Below, piece after piece: positions 58,711-64,000 of a stretch of 64,000 bases of DNA. The DNA lies in NCBI RefSeq assembly GCF_009914755.1, contig NC_060945.1. One strand, written 5' to 3'. The translations under genes and the position numbers were made by a program. Source of the DNA: the human T2T-CHM13v2.0 reference genome, Homo sapiens. Positions within the stretch are counted from its first letter, which is position 1. Each line of letters starts with the position of its first letter. Below the pieces are notes generated by a model that searched no databases, was not told the DNA's origin, and was given only the letters and a program-made list of their open reading frames with translations.

Positions 58711-59110
58711 CAAATAAGTTTTACAAATATATTTTGAGCTATTGTGTAATTTATGAAATGATGAAGAAATCACAGAAAAAAATAAGCTAGTCAGCTGCTT
58801 TTTGGAAAGAGTAATTATATATTAACAGAATTTTATAATTGTTTATAATGTTTTATATTTTTACTATTTACCTTTGAGTGAAGAAAAAACCTAATATTTT
58901 CTTTGGAACATTATTTTTTGGTTAATATATATACCTCAGTGAGATATTTTATTACATTTATGAGAGGATTGTTGATTTGTAGTCCTAATCAGATTTTGAA
59001 GGGCTTTTTCTTTAGTAGCTTTATTTAAAGGAAGCAACATTATGTCTCTGAATTGCCCTTCAAATTTAAAGTCTTTAAACTTCAATAGGATTTTCTTTCA
59101 AGAAGATATT

Positions 59111-59116
59111 AATAAA
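59111..59116 (+). terminator. First canonical AATAAA I could find downstream of the ancestral stop codon
   Basis: AATAAA at 59111; a variant AGTAAA lies nearer at 57552. Confidence 0.25.
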
Positions 59117-59459
59117 ATAGTTTAACATGTTCTTTAAAGCCCATCAACCATTTCTTTTGTCCTCCTTTCTTCCTCTGTATGCAGCCCTGTACAACCTTGC
59201 TCTATTTCCTAAGGGTATTTATGAAAAGTTGCCTTAAACTAGAAAACTTGTATTATCTAAAGTCTCCTCCCTTAAGGATGTAAGCTACTTGAAGTGTTGT
59301 CCTGTCTTTACAATCCCTGAAGTGCTTTGTAAACATTGAATAAATAGCTGTTGAATTCTATTAAGAAAGGAATCAAAATATTTCATTCATATGAGTTAAA
59401 AGATGTTTTAGCTCCCTACTCCTATAATTTTAGTAAATCAGAGAAGCTGAATAATTTTA

Positions 59460-59900
59460 AAATCTAATGGGAAATCAACAGTAACCTGGATAAATTGTGG
59501 TATATTCACATAATAGAATACTATCTAGCTAATAGAATGAAGGTACAACAGCTACTGTGTACATTAGGCAATTTGATGAATCTCACAAAGAATGTTGAGT
59601 GAAATAGCCACAAAAGAATATTGCTATATGACTCCATGATTCTAATTATATAATTTTTTTAAAAGAAAAATTAATTTATACTATTAGAAGTTGGGATACT
59701 GGTTATCCTTGGTGGGGAGGGTTATAATAAGGTACACAAGGTAGACTTCTGGATTAATGGTAGCATTTTGTTTCTTGAAGTGAATCTGAGCACTCATTCA
59801 GTTTGTGAATGTTCATCAATCTGCATATTTAGAATACGGGTAGTTTTCTGCATATATATACAGATATACATTATCTTCATATGTAATACAGAGTAAAAGA
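59460..59900 (+). mobile_element. Old L1M(E/C) 3' fragment
   Basis: 'ggataaattgtggtatattcacataatagaatactat...gatgaatctcaca...atgttgagtgaaa'. Confidence 0.65.
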
Positions 59901-61119
59901 AAAGCAAAAGTAAAAAACACAAAAAGTGACTAAATCAAAGTTATTCAAAGATAATTTTATTGTTTTAAGAAATTAATATTTTATTCTTATTTCAATTATG
60001 TACATAAAGCTTGATCAATTATTGATGTACACTAGAAGCAAAGTACAAAGCACTCAAAATGATTGGATTACAGAGAGGTAGCACGTTTGTAATAAAAAAG
60101 ATTATTCCATGATTGTATGATTTGTTTAAAGATTATAACTTCAAAATAGATTCATAAAATAATGATAAATTTCAATAGACAAAATATTTACCATAGCTGA
60201 TAGAGAAAAATCCTATGTAACATTAAGTTGCTTTCTTTGAGGATAATGAGAATGTTCATTATTGAAAGCCCACAATGTGCCAGGTAATGTGCAATATATT
60301 TGGAACATGTGTCACTTTCAATTCTCACTAAATAATATAAGAAAGGAATTATCTGCTCTATTTTACCAAATATGATATTAAGATTCCAAGAGGAGCTGGA
60401 ATCTAGGTTTACGTGACTACATAGCTGATGATGCTCTTTCTACTTCTCTACCAAGATGTCTCATTCCAGAGGAAACACTAAAAAATAGTCTGTAGTTCGA
60501 AAAACTTCCAAAATCTTTTAAAAAACAGGATTTTAAACCAGTATCTTTGTAAGCATATTAAATAAAATCAAAGCTTGTGGTGGGGGTGGGATCCATGCCT
60601 CTTTAAATATAGCATTAGGTTGGACCATATAAAATAGTCATTTCTGTAGGTCAAAAAATGGCTGAGTAATGGCAATTTCATTTACTTCTAAACATAGCCT
60701 TGATACAGAAGGGTTTAGAAAACTTAATGTTGCATTTTAATATGCATATAAATAGTGAATAGTTCTACCTGATCTAAAGGGACTTTCTTTTAAAAGAAAA
60801 TTTAAAAGCTAGAATGCAAAAACATAGTAAATAAGAGTTCAGGATCTCAAGACAGGATACCTATGTGAAATCCCAACTCAACCACTTAATAGTTGTATAA
60901 ACTTGAGTAAGTTAACATATTTCTCTGTGTTTATTTGGGAGTCATAATTTTATTTACCTCCTAAGTATGCTTTGGAAATTAAATCATGGAATACATGTAA
61001 TCACTTAAGACAGTGTCTAGCATATAAAAAACATTGAATAACATATTGGCTATTATTTAAACACCAACACTCATTGTTCCTTATAACCGTAGTCTCATAT
61101 TTACAAAATCACATCATAG

Positions 61120-61700
<581 letters not shown>

Positions 61701-62899
61701 CAGGACACACTCTTTAGTAAATAAAAACTGCAAAAAGTTTATAAAAGCCTATTTTATACACAGCAACCTTGGGATAACTGGAGACTCAAAGAAGATATAG
61801 GCCTCCGTGATGCCTAATATTATCTCAGTGAGATCAAGCAAATATGAGGAGGCAGCAGTTAGGAGCTTCTTCTAGCTCCTTCTAGTTCTCCTTTCCTACT
61901 TTCCTGGATGCAAGCAGATCATTTTTAAATACAGGAAGTAAGAACTTCTGGCTGTACTGTTATCGACATGTCACTAAATCTTCTTATGAAAAGGAAGGCT
62001 ATTGGTAGTTCAAGTGTCTGCTATGCTGCTGAGTTAATGGGCCGAGGTAATGGGTCTGAACCATATAAAGAATTACTGGCTTCTGGATGATTGCTATCCA
62101 GGTAACCCAGGTTTCTCACTAGTTATTTTCAGAATGCCCAGTCTGAGCTTAGTTATCATTGTTGCCCAAAGGTAGTAACCTTTTGTTTATCTCAATAATG
62201 CTGCAAAAAGAGAAAAGGAATAGGCGTACAAGGAGAACGTAAAATAGATCATAAATAGAAAATTATTTTTGATAAATTTGCTTCAAACATTTAGAAAGAA
62301 AATAACACATATGCATTTTTTTGTGTGCCAAGGAAAGTGACATAGGATCAGTTTTTGAATTCATGTTTAAACAACTCAGATCTTCATTAATGCGCTTGTG
62401 GTGACTGGTTTATGGCCTTTTTAAACTCTGATGTACACAGTAGAAATAATGTGGTGATCAAGATGAAGACTAAGATGAATGATTTAGAATGCAAGACAAT
62501 GGAGGGCAAAAGGAACTAGGCATAAATATGAGTACAGCTTCAGTCACCACTAATGCCCTGTGAACATCTGCTTCTGGCTTTCTGTCATGAGCATTTGTGC
62601 AACAATTTCCAGATTTTACAGAACATCTTACTGCTTGACCTATATTACCATATTGTTTATGATATTGGAGAGGTAACAAACAGGTATTATTAGTCATGAT
62701 ACATAAGGTCTTAAAAAGTGTTGTTTCATATATTCTGTTTGACTTTTTAGTTAATACAGGCAGGAGGAAAATCAGTTTTCTTTTATTCCATCTTGGGCAG
62801 AAGCAGAAGTCCAACAAAGGACAATGTGACCAAATGTTTAACTACGTAAGGGTCATAAATTGAAAAGTACAAGTATGAAAAGAAGTAAAACAAGAAGCG

Positions 62900-63340
62900 T
62901 AAACAACCACACGGCTTATTGTTCTCAGGTAGAAGGAAGTCCCAAAATAGAGAGTACAAAGTTGGTTAAGGTGGCTCCATATCACCTGGGCTGTACCTAT
63001 CTTTGTTTCAAACATCCATAGCATGTTTGTTGCTTAGCAGTTGCAAACCCCTTGCTATCTCCAGTATCATGTCTGCATTCCAAGAAGGAGAAATGAATGG
63101 TGAGCAGATATTTGTACAATCCAGATGTATAAATTTAAAAAAAGCCCGAGTTTATACCTAGTGATTTATGCTTATATCTCATTGGCCAGAATTATGTCAT
63201 AGAGCCATCCCTAGCTGCAAGGGAAGTTGGAAAATATAGTTTTTGAAGTAGGGATATTGCTGCTCCAAATAAAAGTGGGGTCCAGAAGTAAGCATGAATA
63301 GAATAAATATTGTGATAGCATTTAGCAGGATCTGCAACAA
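62900..63340. mobile_element. Old MaLR MLT1(J-like) LTR fragment
   Basis: 'tatatctcattggccagaattatgtcat.g.ccatccctagctgcaagggaagttggaaaatatagt'. Confidence 0.6.
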
Positions 63341-63899
63341 CTACTCAAAGAACTTTTCAATCATGTCAAAATTATCTTATTAGTTTAGCAACTTGGGAGA
63401 CAGAGGAAGGGTATTGATTACACCTAATAATTGAGACCCAGTTTCCAGTTTCCAACAGTCCATGTTAAGTAATTTAAGGTGAATGAACTCTTAACAGAAA
63501 AAAAATGTGTTTTTATCATATTAGCTTTACATACATACACATACACATACACACATATATATGTATACATATAATATATATAAAATAAGTTACAGAGTTA
63601 CAAGTGTTAGAGCATTTGAAATTTTTTAGGTATTTTAGGTAGGCCAATTAATAGGTAATTCAATGAGGTATCAAACAAACTGCATTTATTCCTGCTTTAA
63701 AATCCAAATAACTTAATGTGAGGCAAATCGTTTGTAATTCTTGTCAAAACAAAGCAAATGCTTTACCAAAGCAATTTTTTTTTCATAGTTTGTCAGAAGA
63801 ACTCTCAATAATTTACAGAAATTTTAGACCCATTGAATTAAGTTCTGATGATATTGGGGAATCTAACCTATTCGTGGCATCCTTAATAAACCCACATAA

Positions 63900-64000
63900 G
63901 GCCATGAGCGGTGGCTTATTCCTGTAATCCTAGAATTTGGGAGGCCGAGGCAGGTGGATCACCTGAAGTCAGGAGTTCGAGACCAGCCCAGCCAACATGG
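63900..64000 (+). mobile_element. Alu, cut by window end
   Basis: 'ggaggccgaggcaggtggatcacctgaagtcaggagttcgagaccagc'. Confidence 0.9.

Overview
AT-rich primate (Alu-bearing; human or ape) genomic DNA. The window holds the 3' part of a multi-exon ABCC/MRP-subfamily ABC transporter gene on the + strand. I traced 20 exons from 426 to 57544, covering the end of TMD1, NBD1, a short linker, TMD2 and NBD2. Exon sizes and phases follow the ABCC2/ABCC1 plan as I recall it. The gene is disabled by four lesions visible in the window: a GT>CT donor loss after the NBD1 Walker A exon (3829), a +1 frameshift after NBD2 Walker A (~53953, stop at 53985), an AG>GG acceptor loss (55581) and a 4-nt deletion (~55717). 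This fits the unitary pseudogene ABCC13 (human 21q11.2). Introns are filled with Alu, L1, L2, MaLR/ERVL LTR and DNA-transposon relics and microsatellites. I found no convincing new multi-gene biological system. The most interesting observations are local mechanisms: (i) the donor mutation exposes an overlapping in-frame stop and AATAAA, (ii) an Alu target-site duplication copied a splice donor, (iii) a 5'-intact, 3'-truncated L1PA is nested in the tail of a fossil Alu monomer, and (iv) two Alus inserted at the same site, leaving three TSD copies. Repeat subfamily calls are by eye and approximate.
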